This document shows, one piece after another, positions 49,642-60,094 of a DNA stretch of 64,000 bases (its first letter is position 1; each line of letters begins with the position of its first letter). The stretch lies in the NCBI GenBank assembly GCA_963727775.1, contig CAVSHB010000002.1, positions 480,001 to 544,000 on the forward strand, read 5' to 3'. Under the pieces are notes generated by a model. That model was not told the DNA's origin. It saw nothing but the letters and a program-made list of their open reading frames with translations, and ran no database searches. A program made the translations under genes and the position numbers. The stretch comes from an uncultured Nitrospiraceae bacterium. Lineage in GTDB: Bacteria > Nitrospirota > Thermodesulfovibrionia > Thermodesulfovibrionales > SM23-35.

Positions 49642-51163
49642 CAGATGCCTCTTTTGTTTTTCCCGCGCCTTCTATCTCCATTTTTATGTTAAACCTGTCT
49701 GCGTTCATCCTTGTGTCCCTGAATGTAGGCGAAGAAAATTCAGCCTTTCTAAAATATTTTGACGCTTCGAGCTTTGAGAGAATTCCCGTGGCAGAAGCGG
49801 CATATCCCTCCAGTTCAACAGTTGTCGGTGAAATTCTCACCCTCGACAACCAGGCGCTTTTAGGCATAATTGACGTGAGTTCTTTGAGAATGTCTAATGC
49901 CATCGGCCTGTTTTCCTTGAAATTGTCGATGGTGGAAATTTCGGTATCCAGTGCTCCGATCTCTTTTTTCAAAGCCTCGACCTTTTTGACCTCTTCTTTC
50001 CTGAGCATAATCTGACGGTCGATTTGATGAAGCCTTTGTCCTTCTATCCTGAAAGGGGCGACTAAATAGAGTGCCCACATGACCAGTATTGAGATGATAA
50101 GGACTATGGTCAATGCCATGGGTGTCTTTGCTTTTTCATGATGCCCTTTGGAAAAAAGATTCAACCCTTTACCCTTAGGCCATAGTGATTCCAAAGCCCC
50201 GCCAAGTGCGGCATAAGGGATTTCTTTATTATCCCCTGGAAGGCCGATTTTTATGTCCGTATCATTCAGTATCTTTACAGGAAGATTTGCCTGTGATTTT
50301 AATAATTCTTTCATGGAAGAGCTTTTGTCTTTTAAAAGCGCTAAAATCTGCGACTGTTTTCCGCTCTGTTTAACGGCGTCTAAATGCGGAGCAATTTCCG
50401 TCAAAATCCGGGCTGTTTTTGCCTTGTCATCTTCTGTCGTAAAACTGCCGGTAACGACTCCGGATATTGAGCCGTTTAAAAAGAGCGCGCCCTCGTATCC
50501 GTCTTTCTTAATTTCCAAAAAAATAGAATTTGTATTGTTGTCCATGTAATTACACAAAGTTTTGATACCCGACAGATTTACTGTTAACCTTCCTGGGGAA
50601 ATCCCTTCTTCCCTGAGGGCATCGATATACCGCCTGATAATGTCGGCCTTTGTCGCCACGATCAAGATGGAAATCTTTCCGGCATTTTCGTTCAGTATCC
50701 TGAAATCATAGTATGCGTCTGCTGAAGCAAACGGAGTAATCCTATCCAGTTCATATGAGACAGCGTCTGACAGGTTTTCTTTTACCGCTGCCGGAAACTC
50801 AGCGGTCTTTATAACAGTCCATGCTTTCGGGATGCACAGAGAGACCTCAGCCCCCAGGGCGCCAAGGTCATTTATGGCTAAGGACAATGAAGATGCTACG
50901 GCGTCCGGCTGAGGATATTTCCCTTCTTCAAAGGGATATTCTCTTGTACCATTTATCCTGATCTTTGAAAGGAATCTTGAGCCGTAAACTGCGGATAAGT
51001 TGCCCTCCTTAAGAGAAGCGGATAATGCTTTTGCAGGATAGATGCTGTCGTCTCCAAGGTTAAAAGAGAGTATTTTCCATATCGGCGCAGAGAGCCTTTG
51101 AAAAAAGCTTGAGGAAGTTGAGGCAAAAGCCGTTAATTTGGTAGTGATGGTCGAGCTGTTCAT
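49628..51163 (-). CDS. gspL: T2SS GspL/PilN-like protein
   Basis: Actin-like cytoplasmic domain, NL motif before the TM, L.ELT..MP..AWL...LEGYA. Confidence 0.8.
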   Translation of the reverse strand: MNSSTITTKLTAFASTSSSFFQRLSAPIWKILSFNLGDDSIYPAKALSASLKEGNLSAVYGSRFLSKIRINGTREYPFEEGKYPQPDAVASSLSLAINDLGALGAEVSLCIPKAWTVIKTAEFPAAVKENLSDAVSYELDRITPFASADAYYDFRILNENAGKISILIVATKADIIRRYIDALREEGISPGRLTVNLSGIKTLCNYMDNNTNSIFLEIKKDGYEGALFLNGSISGVVTGSFTTEDDKAKTARILTEIAPHLDAVKQSGKQSQILALLKDKSSSMKELLKSQANLPVKILNDTDIKIGLPGDNKEIPYAALGGALESLWPKGKGLNLFSKGHHEKAKTPMALTIVLIISILVMWALYLVAPFRIEGQRLHQIDRQIMLRKEEVKKVEALKKEIGALDTEISTIDNFKENRPMALDILKELTSIMPKSAWLSRVRISPTTVELEGYAASATGILSKLEASKYFRKAEFSSPTFRDTRMNADRFNIKMEIEGAGKTKEASDEEE

Positions 51164-52152
51164 TGCTTTGAGGTCACAGGGCTTTTATAATAGACATACT
51201 TAAACAGATCGGAAGCGCTGATGTCGGATAGGTTAACCGTTGCCCTGATTGTATAGCCTCCTTTTTCATTCTCTTTGTAACCGGAAGCGTCTATCGTGAA
51301 GGTATTGGTCCCCTCAGTGCTGATATACGCCGACATCAAAGTATAGTTGCTGCCGAGAATTTCCTGGACATCCTGTATGCTTTGTATCTCCTTGGTCTGC
51401 CTGACGGCTATTATACCATCAGCAATGTCAGGAGACATACCGGGGATTGCCATCAGGACCTCTTTAGGCGCAGCATTTATATTAATCATGTTCGTCTTTG
51501 CATTGACAGTGAGGAAATCGATAAGGCCTCTTTTCTCGCTGTTTCCATAAAGAATTTCCGGCGTCACTCCTTTTACCAGAAGGAGCTCTTCTAAAGTATC
51601 AAAGTCGGAGTTTTTGGCTTTATAAGGATTCGGCAGTGACTGGTAATAATCACTCTCGGCCCCGTGAAGCCTGGTAAGGTCATCAGCGTCCTTCCAGTCC
51701 ATCACCGAGTCCACAATAGTATCTGCTTCTTCAGCCGTGACCCCATAGTTTAACAAGAGATTTTTTAATACTAACTCAGATGTATTGTTTATGTCCACTT
51801 TCCCGGACTCGTCCGTGATCTTTACAGTGTAGTAGCCGCTTCCGAACTGGTCTTTATAGGCTGTGCCGTCTGTTTTCCATATCCCCAGGCCTTCAAGTTC
51901 AACGGTCTCATTCTTATGTTGGTTCCTGTAATATAGTTCCATTATTCCTCTTTCAATACCAGCTTCCGCAATAAACTTCTTTTCCATGCCGCCTTTAAAA
52001 GCCAGCGTCGCATTTGTCTCCGTCCTTGCCATAAATGAAAACGACATGACAATAACCAAGAGTATTGTCAGCACCCATAGCACCATCATCAGCGCAATGC
52101 CTTCTTCAGATGCCGCCGGATTTTCAAGTAATAATTTATTTTGCATGTTCAT
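51160..52152 (-). CDS. gspK: T2SS minor pseudopilin K
   Basis: GIALMMVLW, DESGKVDIN, DWKDAD, GAESDYY, ELLLVKG, ININAAP. Confidence 0.9.
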   Translation of the reverse strand: MNMQNKLLLENPAASEEGIALMMVLWVLTILLVIVMSFSFMARTETNATLAFKGGMEKKFIAEAGIERGIMELYYRNQHKNETVELEGLGIWKTDGTAYKDQFGSGYYTVKITDESGKVDINNTSELVLKNLLLNYGVTAEEADTIVDSVMDWKDADDLTRLHGAESDYYQSLPNPYKAKNSDFDTLEELLLVKGVTPEILYGNSEKRGLIDFLTVNAKTNMININAAPKEVLMAIPGMSPDIADGIIAVRQTKEIQSIQDVQEILGSNYTLMSAYISTEGTNTFTIDASGYKENEKGGYTIRATVNLSDISASDLFKYVYYKSPVTSKQ

Positions 52153-52162
52153 TATAATTGCA

Positions 52163-52822
52163 TTAATTTCCTGCTGCGCGAATAGAAGCGCCGGCGCCAG
52201 CCAGACCCTCAGCTGTCCCTTGTGCCCGTAAGGGGATTATAAGTGCAAGGTCTCTCCCCCCTTCAATGAGATGCAACCTAACCTCTTTGGGGGTATTTGC
52301 ATCGTCTGTCCATTGCTCTACCCATTTGCCTTCTTCTTCTGTCGGGTCTTTAAAAAAATATTCGAAATATATCCTTTCGAATGTATCGAAAAGCTTTGTC
52401 TCCCTTGTTCCTTCAAGTCCTACAACATTTTCCGAAGCATATAAAACCTGTCTTCCGTTATCTCCGGATTTCACTGAATAGGTGACGAGCACGTAACCTT
52501 TTTCCCCGCCCCATATGGAATAATTTGACGAAAACTGCATAAGCTCTCTCTCTCCCTTGAAATAGTATTTCTTGTTTTCGCCGTCTTCATAGGTGAGAGG
52601 AATATATGACTGGACCTGTGAGTCTATGAGGGTGAGCGATGACCTGGCCCTCTCGGATGTCTCAATTTTTTTCCCTCCCGATTCTACAGCCCGTGATCCG
52701 AGTCTCATGGCGCCCATGACAATCAATGTAATAATCCCGATTAATGCGATGGAAATAGTTAATTCAAGGAGGGTGAACCCTCTGTTTCCCCCGCTGATCA
52801 TCCTGCACCGTGAACAAATCAT
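52163..52822 (-). CDS. gspJ: T2SS minor pseudopilin J
   Basis: Prepilin motif GFTLLEL; C-terminal W...W...P..VRL. Confidence 0.8.
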   Translation of the reverse strand: MICSRCRMISGGNRGFTLLELTISIALIGIITLIVMGAMRLGSRAVESGGKKIETSERARSSLTLIDSQVQSYIPLTYEDGENKKYYFKGERELMQFSSNYSIWGGEKGYVLVTYSVKSGDNGRQVLYASENVVGLEGTRETKLFDTFERIYFEYFFKDPTEEEGKWVEQWTDDANTPKEVRLHLIEGGRDLALIIPLRAQGTAEGLAGAGASIRAAGN

Positions 52823-53232
52823 ATCTCTTTCTTTATCACCTTCATTGTTCTGAGTGTGAGCGCCCTTTCTTTTGAACCTTTTATCCAGCGGACTGTTAAG
52901 TCTATTTGAAGAAGCCTTACCTGCTGCAGGTTTTCGGTCCTCTCTTTCACGGCGTCGTTTATCGATACATCCATCCTGTAACCGTCATCAGTCGCCTCGC
53001 TGAATGATTTCTCGGTGAGTTTATCATCGCTCATTATCTCTCTCATCTTCAACTCCGCTCTGACGGCAGCTTTTACATAGTCTTCCGAGGCGGCAATAGA
53101 CCTCAGATTTGCCGAGAAAAGTTGAAATACAACTGTTACCGCGATAGCCAAGATTGCCATGGCTACAAGGACTTCAAGAAGAGTGAACCCATTGTGTGCG
53201 CGTCTCTGTTGTCTCTGTTTCCGCTTCAGCAA
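52819..53232 (-). CDS. gspI: T2SS minor pseudopilin I
   Basis: GFTLLEVLVAMAILAI; size and position. Confidence 0.8.
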   Translation of the reverse strand: MLKRKQRQQRRAHNGFTLLEVLVAMAILAIAVTVVFQLFSANLRSIAASEDYVKAAVRAELKMREIMSDDKLTEKSFSEATDDGYRMDVSINDAVKERTENLQQVRLLQIDLTVRWIKGSKERALTLRTMKVIKKEI

Positions 53233-53256
53233 CTTGTGTCCTTTTTCTGTCTCATC

Positions 53257-53700
53257 TCACTTGATTACCACCGAGCCCACTACCGGGTCTGCCTGTATAC
53301 TCGCCTGTCTTTTGGTGTCCCATAATACAACGGTCCCTCCTTCTACACTACCGGTGGCCTCTACTGTAAAATAATATTTCCCGGTTTGAATCTCTCCGGA
53401 GATCGGGTCTATGACTTTGATATAGATACCGGCAGGGATGTTTTTTGACTCATGCCCCTCTATCCCGTACTGTTTTGCATCCAGGTCTATTGTGACGGTT
53501 TGTCTTTCACCGTGGATCTGTGCGAGGTACCTGGCTTGTCTGATAGTGGTGGATATGCTCCTGACCGTGGCATTGAACTTATTTGAAGGAAGCGCGTTCG
53601 CAAAAAAAACCGCCGACAGGCCGAGGATTAAAGTCATCAGGAAAAGAACTATTATCAGTTCGAGTAAAGTGAACCCCTTATTATTCTTTTTTTTCGTCAT
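53257..53700 (-). CDS. gspH: T2SS minor pseudopilin H (GspH/FimT-like)
   Basis: GFTLLEL; ARYLA...VTIDL...F...GS..GG.V pattern. Confidence 0.75.
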   Translation of the reverse strand: MTKKKNNKGFTLLELIIVLFLMTLILGLSAVFFANALPSNKFNATVRSISTTIRQARYLAQIHGERQTVTIDLDAKQYGIEGHESKNIPAGIYIKVIDPISGEIQTGKYYFTVEATGSVEGGTVVLWDTKRQASIQADPVVGSVVIK

Positions 53701-53726
53701 ATAAAAACACTAAATTTTGTTAAACA

Positions 53727-53802
53727 GGATTCAAGGGCTCAAGTATCAACGGAAAGAAAAAAGAATTCATTAATAACACTTTCACTTGAATCCCCGGACC
53801 CT
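53727..53802. repeat. Short imperfect inverted-repeat element between gspF and gspH
   Basis: ggattcaagggctcaagt ... acttgaatccccggaccctt. Confidence 0.5.
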
Positions 53803-53812
53803 TGGCTCTTTT

Positions 53813-55006
53813 CTACATAGGCAGGTCTGTTATGCTGAAAATGGCTAAAAGCATTGAGATGACAATAAACCCTATGATCATTCCCATGGTAAGAATCATC
53901 GCGGGTTCAAGAAGGTTCACGAGTTTTTTTATCGCCACATTCAGACTCTTTTCATAAGTGTAAGCTACTTTCATGAGCATGGTATCAAGCTGTCCGGTCT
54001 CCTCTCCAACCTTAATCATGGAGAGGGCCAAAGGCGGAAAGACGTTTGTCCCGGATAAAGGGCCCGCGATCCCTTTGCCCTCTTTTGCGCCTGCGGAGAC
54101 AGTATCAATGGCGGCGGCGATTACCTGGTTGGTTATTACATCTTTCGCATTGTTTAACGCCTGAAGCAGCGGGACCCCGCTTTTGATAAGCGTCCCGAGC
54201 GTCCTGCAAAATCTCGCTGTCTCCAGTTTTTTAATAACGTCTCCTACCAGCTTGAGTTTGAAAGCGTCCCATTGGTATCTTCCCTTATCGGATTTGATAT
54301 AACCCTTGAACATAATCCATCCGATTATTATCGCTGACAAAACAATCCACCAGAATGATTTCAGCGTATTGCTGAATGAGAGCAGGATCTTTGTCGGCAG
54401 CGGTAATGAACCGCCGAGTTCGGCGAATATGACGGAAAACTTCGGAAGCACAAAAGTCAGGAGCACTATGATCGACGCCCCTCCCGTTAAAAGAAGGATA
54501 GTGGGGTATATCATGACCGAAAGCACGTGGTCTTTTAAAGCCTTTGAAGATTCCAGGAATTCATTCAGTTTGTCCAGAACAACATCGAGCACGCCGCCGG
54601 CTTCACCTGCCCGTATCATGTTTATGTAAAGCTTGGTGAATACTTTCGGATGTTTCTGCAGCGCGTCGGAAAAAGAACTCCCTTCCCTGATTGACTTGAG
54701 GATGGACTGGACGACGTTTTTCATCTCTTTGTTTTCAGAGATTTCAGTGAGTATATTCAGACTCCGGTCCAGGGGCAGTCCTGCGGTCAGGAGCGCGGAC
54801 AGTTCTGTTGTGAACGTCAGCAGGTCGGCTTTTGACGACCTCAGGGATATTTTATTTTGTATGCCTTCTTTGGGTGAAGCGACTTTTAACGGGATTACGC
54901 CTGTATTTTTCAGTCTTTCTATGGCAGACAGCTCGTCGGCAGCTTCGATGACGCCTTCAACAATTGTCCCGTCAACTGTGGTTGCCCTGTACGAAAAGAC
55001 GGGCAT
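53813..55006 (-). CDS. gspF: T2SS inner-membrane platform protein
   Basis: FTTELSALLTAGLPL, AGEAGG, YP, GEETGQL, LLEP. Confidence 0.93.
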   Translation of the reverse strand: MPVFSYRATTVDGTIVEGVIEAADELSAIERLKNTGVIPLKVASPKEGIQNKISLRSSKADLLTFTTELSALLTAGLPLDRSLNILTEISENKEMKNVVQSILKSIREGSSFSDALQKHPKVFTKLYINMIRAGEAGGVLDVVLDKLNEFLESSKALKDHVLSVMIYPTILLLTGGASIIVLLTFVLPKFSVIFAELGGSLPLPTKILLSFSNTLKSFWWIVLSAIIIGWIMFKGYIKSDKGRYQWDAFKLKLVGDVIKKLETARFCRTLGTLIKSGVPLLQALNNAKDVITNQVIAAAIDTVSAGAKEGKGIAGPLSGTNVFPPLALSMIKVGEETGQLDTMLMKVAYTYEKSLNVAIKKLVNLLEPAMILTMGMIIGFIVISMLLAIFSITDLPM

Positions 55007-56526
55007 CAGGCCTCCTGCGTTACTCTGAGGACCTCACTCAGGGTCGTCATGCCCTGAACGATCTTCTCTGCGCCGTCTTCGAGTAAGGTCCTCATCCCGC
55101 GCTGTTTTGCGACAGCCCTTATCTGGTTTGCATCCGCGATTTTCAGTATGAGCTTCCGTATATCATCATCAACCACAAGCAGTTCAAATATGCCGGCCCT
55201 GCTGTAGTAGCCCGTGAAAGCGCATTTCTCGCACCCTTTCCCATGATAAAGGGACGCAGTGCTGTCGATCCCGAAGAGCTTTAGTTCTTCGATATCTGCA
55301 GTGGACGGATCTACTTCTTTGCAGGAAGGACAGATGATTCTTACGAGCCTCTGGGCGAGGATCCCTCTGACAGTGGAAGAAAGCAGGAAATTTTCAACCC
55401 CCATATCGAGGAGTCGAGTTATCGCGCTGGGCGCGTCATTGGTATGCAAGGTCGAAAATACGAGATGCCCTGTGAGTGCAGATTGTATTGCTATCTCTGC
55501 TGTTTCAAGGTCCCTGATCTCTCCGATCATAATGATGTCGGGGTCCTGTCTGACTATATGTCTCAGTGTATTGGCGAAGTTCAAACCTATCTGCGGTTTG
55601 ACCTGGATTTGGTTGACCCCCTTGAGCTGATACTCGACCGGGTCTTCAACGGTTATTATCTTCTTGTCCGGAGAGTTTATTTTGTCCAGTGCGCCATAGA
55701 GCGTGGTAGTCTTTCCGCTTCCTGTAGGACCGGTGACAAGGAAGATGCCGTTAGGTTTATTGATGAGCTGATTAAATATTTGTAATGTCCGGGGTGGGAA
55801 ACCGAGAACGTCAAGGTCTATTGTTATCCCTTCTTTGCGGAGTATCCTCATCACAACGCTTTCGCCGTAAATAACAGGGATTGTGGATACCCTCAGGTCT
55901 ATCTCTCTTTCGCCGACCTTAAGGCGTATGCGTCCGTCCTGCGGCAGCCTTCTCTCCGCTATATTTAGTTTTGCCATGATTTTTATCCTCGAAATAATAG
56001 CGGCCTGGAGCCTTTTGGGAGTTGACTCTATATCATGCAATACACCGTCTATACGGTATCTTACCTTCAATTCATCTTCAAAAGGCTCTATGTGGATATC
56101 GCTTGCCCTGCCCTCTACGGCCCTTGTTATGAACATATTTACAAGCCTTATGATCGGCGCTTCCGAGGCAAGGTCTTTCAAGTGCCCGATGTCCTCTTCT
56201 TCCTTGCGGAATTCGATGCCCTTCTCGCCCAGGTCTTCAATTATTCTGTTTATGTTTTGAGATTCCTGTTCATAAAACTTGGATATGTATTCTTCAACCG
56301 CCTTATTATCACATGCATATGTCATTACGTCCGCCGATGTTGCCACCCTGAGCGCGTCGATCACCGAGTTATCATCAGGGTTTGCCATTACCACCTTAAG
56401 GACATTATTTTTCATGTCTAAGGGAATGATCCTGTTTTCACGGATGAAACGCGATGATATCCCGTTGATGACAAACGGCACTTTGGGCAGATCTTCAGAG
56501 TTTAAGTAAGGGATGTTCTTAGTCAT
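55006..56526 (-). CDS. gspE: T2SS ATPase
   Basis: ASDIHIEP, ERRLPQDGR, GPTGSGKTTTLY, RQDPDIIMIGEIRD, tetracysteine motif. Confidence 0.95.
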   Translation of the reverse strand: MTKNIPYLNSEDLPKVPFVINGISSRFIRENRIIPLDMKNNVLKVVMANPDDNSVIDALRVATSADVMTYACDNKAVEEYISKFYEQESQNINRIIEDLGEKGIEFRKEEEDIGHLKDLASEAPIIRLVNMFITRAVEGRASDIHIEPFEDELKVRYRIDGVLHDIESTPKRLQAAIISRIKIMAKLNIAERRLPQDGRIRLKVGEREIDLRVSTIPVIYGESVVMRILRKEGITIDLDVLGFPPRTLQIFNQLINKPNGIFLVTGPTGSGKTTTLYGALDKINSPDKKIITVEDPVEYQLKGVNQIQVKPQIGLNFANTLRHIVRQDPDIIMIGEIRDLETAEIAIQSALTGHLVFSTLHTNDAPSAITRLLDMGVENFLLSSTVRGILAQRLVRIICPSCKEVDPSTADIEELKLFGIDSTASLYHGKGCEKCAFTGYYSRAGIFELLVVDDDIRKLILKIADANQIRAVAKQRGMRTLLEDGAEKIVQGMTTLSEVLRVTQEA

Positions 56527-56557
56527 GAAATTTGATTTATTATATCACAAGCATTAT

Positions 56558-58003
56558 TCAATACGCGCCTTCCGCTTTAAAAACCACTTTTATGGTCTTG
56601 AAGATTATTACGATATCAAGCCACAAAGACCAATTCATGACGTACCATGTGTCAAGCTTTACCCTGTATTTATTCCCGGTATTGCTCCTTCCTGATACCT
56701 GCCAAAGTCCTGTGATGCCCGGTTTCGCGCTAGAGATTACTTTGATGTTTTTTCCAATGTCTGTCCTTTCCCTCGGAAGGTAGGGTCTCGGACCGACAAG
56801 ACTCATTTCCCCTTTAAGGACATTGAATATTTGCGGGAGCTCGTCGAGCGAGCTTTTTCTCAGGAGATTTCCGATCCTTGTGACGCGCGGGTCTTCTTTC
56901 AGCTTCCACGAATTTTCCCATTCCGTGCGGAATATTTCGCTGCTTTCGAGCATCTCTTTCAGTTTTTCTTCAGCGTCTTTCCGCATCGTCCTGAATTTAT
57001 AGCACCTAAAGTTGTTCCCGTTCTTCCCGATCCTGTCATGAGAGTAAATTGCAAAGCCCGGCGTCTCCAGCCTTATGATTATTCCGATGATTCCGATAAC
57101 CGGGAGAAGTAAAGGCATTAAGAGGACGGATACGGTAATATCAAAGAGTCTCTTTATAAACTTGTTCGGAATAGATTTCAGATTGTTCTTTATGTTCATG
57201 AGAAACAGCTCTTCGTGAAAAAGGTGAAGCAGCTCCGTGTTTACCAATGCGATACCTTTTAGATCAGGTATGACCATGGTGTTTGCGGTTGTGTTCTGGA
57301 CGAGCGCGGTCAAAGCAGAAAGTTTTTCCGGCGGGAAGGACGGAATTGCAATGACGGCGGTTTTGATGTCCAGTTCTTTTATAAATCTGGGGAAATCGAC
57401 AACTTTTCCGAATACCTTTCTACCGTAGACGGTTTTCCCTATTTTAAGTTCATCGTCATCGAGGAAACCGATCACATCGTATCCCATATGCTTTTCTCTC
57501 TGTAGACCTTCTGTTACCAGCTTGCCTGCATTGCCTGCGCCGATGACCAGTATCCTTTCCCTCCACATCCCTATCGCGTCAAGAAATTTTTTGCCCCAGA
57601 GACGAAATATGGGAAATATGAAAAAGGAAAGTAACCACATGCCGAGCAAAACAAGACGTGAAACCCTGTCTCCCATTTTACCCAATGTAACAATGGCCAT
57701 CAGCGTAATACTCGCAAGAGAGACAGCTTTAACAATACTTCTCACTTCGTCCCAGAAAGGGAGGTTTCTGTCATAAAGCCCCTCATAAAATATAAAGAAT
57801 ATGAATATGGCCGGTATCCACCAAAAAGATACAAAATGTATGTAAGAAAAATTCAAGACCGGTAAGCCTGACATGAAGTACGGCATGATTTCGGCCCTTA
57901 CTATCCAGGCTATAAGCAAAGAGGTATACAAGGAAAACAGATCAATGAAAATAAGACAAAAAGTCTTAAACAGATTTTTTATAAGCTTTATTACCTCTGT
58001 CAT
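56558..58003 (-). CDS. wbaP: Undecaprenyl-phosphate hexose phosphotransferase
   Basis: TM helices, KRLFD, KFRTM, DPRVT, DELPQ, GPRP, PGITGLWQVSGR. ATG 58003 overlaps the upstream stop. Confidence 0.9.
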   Translation of the reverse strand: MTEVIKLIKNLFKTFCLIFIDLFSLYTSLLIAWIVRAEIMPYFMSGLPVLNFSYIHFVSFWWIPAIFIFFIFYEGLYDRNLPFWDEVRSIVKAVSLASITLMAIVTLGKMGDRVSRLVLLGMWLLSFFIFPIFRLWGKKFLDAIGMWRERILVIGAGNAGKLVTEGLQREKHMGYDVIGFLDDDELKIGKTVYGRKVFGKVVDFPRFIKELDIKTAVIAIPSFPPEKLSALTALVQNTTANTMVIPDLKGIALVNTELLHLFHEELFLMNIKNNLKSIPNKFIKRLFDITVSVLLMPLLLPVIGIIGIIIRLETPGFAIYSHDRIGKNGNNFRCYKFRTMRKDAEEKLKEMLESSEIFRTEWENSWKLKEDPRVTRIGNLLRKSSLDELPQIFNVLKGEMSLVGPRPYLPRERTDIGKNIKVISSAKPGITGLWQVSGRSNTGNKYRVKLDTWYVMNWSLWLDIVIIFKTIKVVFKAEGAY

Positions 58004-58851
58004 CCTGCAATCAATCCAATCTTGAACCCTGCGTATTTTGTCACAGATTCCAAAAAAATATAAGGTATCCAAAAGGACCTGCGTTGGTCAACGACAAATC
58101 TAATCTGTTCTTTGATGAATCGCAGCCCCTCTCCTTCAGGACGCGCATAGTTGAAAATCCATCTGTTTACCTTCAGAGACGAGCCGATATTGAAATAACG
58201 CCTGAATTGCTTTAAGAGGGAATAGTTATGGGAATGAATGACCTTTGCCTCGGGGACATATGCCACTTTATAACCGTTTACAATTAATTTTGCAGCAATC
58301 AGCATATCTTCATTGGCCTTAATTCCTTCAGAGAACATCCCGACCTTAAAAAAAGACTTTGTCTTAATGGCTGAGCAGACATCACTGAAAAAAAAAGTTT
58401 TTATGCCGTATTTTTTCAGATCGTCCATCCCTTTTATCACCCCTATCTCCGGGTAATTGAAATGTCTGGCAAACACCTCCAGGGGTAATGCATCATCTTT
58501 GGGGATATGTCTTCCGTACGCTGCGGCAATATCAGGTCTTTTAAGAGGCTCGGTCAGTCTGTTGATGAGAGTATTATCCATGGGCAAGGCATCTTGCGTT
58601 ACAAAAACGAGTATATCTCCTTTTGCTTCTACGGCAGCCGTATTTCTTGTCTTCCCGTGATTGAAAGAACGTCTCGGGATTACTATTGTCTTTGCGCCCA
58701 ACCCTTTTGCAATATCAACGGTATTGTCTTCTGATGAAGAGTCTATTATTATTATTTCCAGTGGTTTAATGTCCTGGGACAGGAGTTTAGAAAGGAGTTT
58801 GCCTATATCAGCGCCGGCATTTAGTGTAGGTATAATAACGGAAATTCTCAT
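58000..58851 (-). CDS. GT2 glycosyltransferase (rhamnosyltransferase-like)
   Basis: SVIIPTLNA, DSSSED.T, FNHGKTRN, VTQDA, NED, HSHNY. Confidence 0.88.
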   Translation of the reverse strand: MRISVIIPTLNAGADIGKLLSKLLSQDIKPLEIIIIDSSSEDNTVDIAKGLGAKTIVIPRRSFNHGKTRNTAAVEAKGDILVFVTQDALPMDNTLINRLTEPLKRPDIAAAYGRHIPKDDALPLEVFARHFNYPEIGVIKGMDDLKKYGIKTFFFSDVCSAIKTKSFFKVGMFSEGIKANEDMLIAAKLIVNGYKVAYVPEAKVIHSHNYSLLKQFRRYFNIGSSLKVNRWIFNYARPEGEGLRFIKEQIRFVVDQRRSFWIPYIFLESVTKYAGFKIGLIAG

Positions 58852-58996
58852 GAGTATCTATTTTATCACAGGAACGAAAACAATCGGCATTCTGGATTGA
58901 TGAAAATTATTTTTCCAAAGGTCAGGCGGAAATTGCAGAATTATAAAAAAAGTGACCACTCTATATAGTATGTAATGTAAAATATATAAAGTTCAG

Positions 58997-59473
58997 ATGA
59001 AGGCAAAGGACAAAAAACCGTTTGTAGAAATATTTGCAGACGGCGCATGCAGCGGCAATCCCGGGGTAGGCGGGTACGGAGCTATTTTGAGATCGGGCAT
59101 ACGGCAAAGGGAACTCTCCGGATGCGACGCGATGACCACGAACAACCGGATGGAACTGACTGCGATTATTAAGGCGCTGGAGGCGTTAAAAAGACCCTGT
59201 AAAGTCAGGGTGGTTACCGATTCAAACTATGTTGTACAGGGAATGACTTCCTGGATATTTAATTGGCTGAAGAACAACTGGAAAAACAGCCAGAAACAGC
59301 AGGTTGTCAATAAGGACCTATGGGAAAAACTCTTTCATTCTTCGAATGTCCACGATATTCAATGGCAATGGGTAAAAGGACATAATGGACATACCGAAAA
59401 CGAACGGTGCGACGAACTTGCAAGACTTGCAATCGAGAGATGCAGGATGAAGCCGGCACAGGATGCGAAATGA
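58997..59473 (+). CDS. rnhA: Ribonuclease HI
   Basis: [32 protein letters not shown]. Confidence 0.96.
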   Translation: MKAKDKKPFVEIFADGACSGNPGVGGYGAILRSGIRQRELSGCDAMTTNNRMELTAIIKALEALKRPCKVRVVTDSNYVVQGMTSWIFNWLKNNWKNSQKQQVVNKDLWEKLFHSSNVHDIQWQWVKGHNGHTENERCDELARLAIERCRMKPAQDAK

Positions 59474-60036
59474 AAGACATTGATATCGGAAATATGACGG
59501 GAATGTTTCTGATAGCGGTCCCGGGTTTAAAGGACCCGAATTTTGAACGTACTGTCGTGCTTATCTGCGACCATTCAAAAGACGGGGCATTCGGGCTTGT
59601 TATAAACCGTATTCTGCTGAGCAGTTTTGTCCCGCTCCACGGAGGGCTTGATATAAAAGATTGCCTGATAGACCTGCCGGTTTATTGCGGCGGGCCAGTC
59701 AAGCCCGAGCAGGGCTATATCCTCTATTTGTCTTCACATATTTACTGTCCTTCAATAAAGATCGGCGAAAGCCTTTCATTGACCACATCCAAGGAGGTCC
59801 TCGTTGATATCGCGGCAGGAAAGGGGCCGGAAAAGTTTCTTTTTACCCTGGGGTTTGCAGGTTGGTCGCCCGGACAGCTTGAGTATGAGGTCATGATAGA
59901 CAGCTGGTTGGTCGCCCCTTCGCATAATAGGATCATCTTTGATATACCGGCCGGTGAACGCTGGAAGGCCGCTGCAGACTTAATAGGGGTCGACTTGACG
60001 AGAGTGGTCTGCAGGCATGGTATAATAGAGAGTTGA
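59470..60036 (+). CDS. YqgE/AlgH family protein
   Basis: [18 protein letters not shown]...GA.GLVINR, GGPV, GFAGW.PGQLE.E...SW. Confidence 0.92.
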   Translation: MKDIDIGNMTGMFLIAVPGLKDPNFERTVVLICDHSKDGAFGLVINRILLSSFVPLHGGLDIKDCLIDLPVYCGGPVKPEQGYILYLSSHIYCPSIKIGESLSLTTSKEVLVDIAAGKGPEKFLFTLGFAGWSPGQLEYEVMIDSWLVAPSHNRIIFDIPAGERWKAAADLIGVDLTRVVCRHGIIES

Positions 60037-60094
60037 CAATTTCCTTTAAATTTATTACGCTATAAGTTCTAAATTATCATAGGAAGGTGATGAG

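Noticed and set aside
49090..56526. Type IV pilus cluster
   Set aside because: GspK, GspC-like and GspD signatures and the absence of PilT favour T2SS.
58004..58072. Longer wbaP start
   Set aside because: Overlaps the upstream GT2; the ATGA-coupled start at 58003 is more plausible.
59407..59469. Longer YqgE start
   Set aside because: Overlaps rnhA; ATG 59470 is coupled to the rnhA stop.
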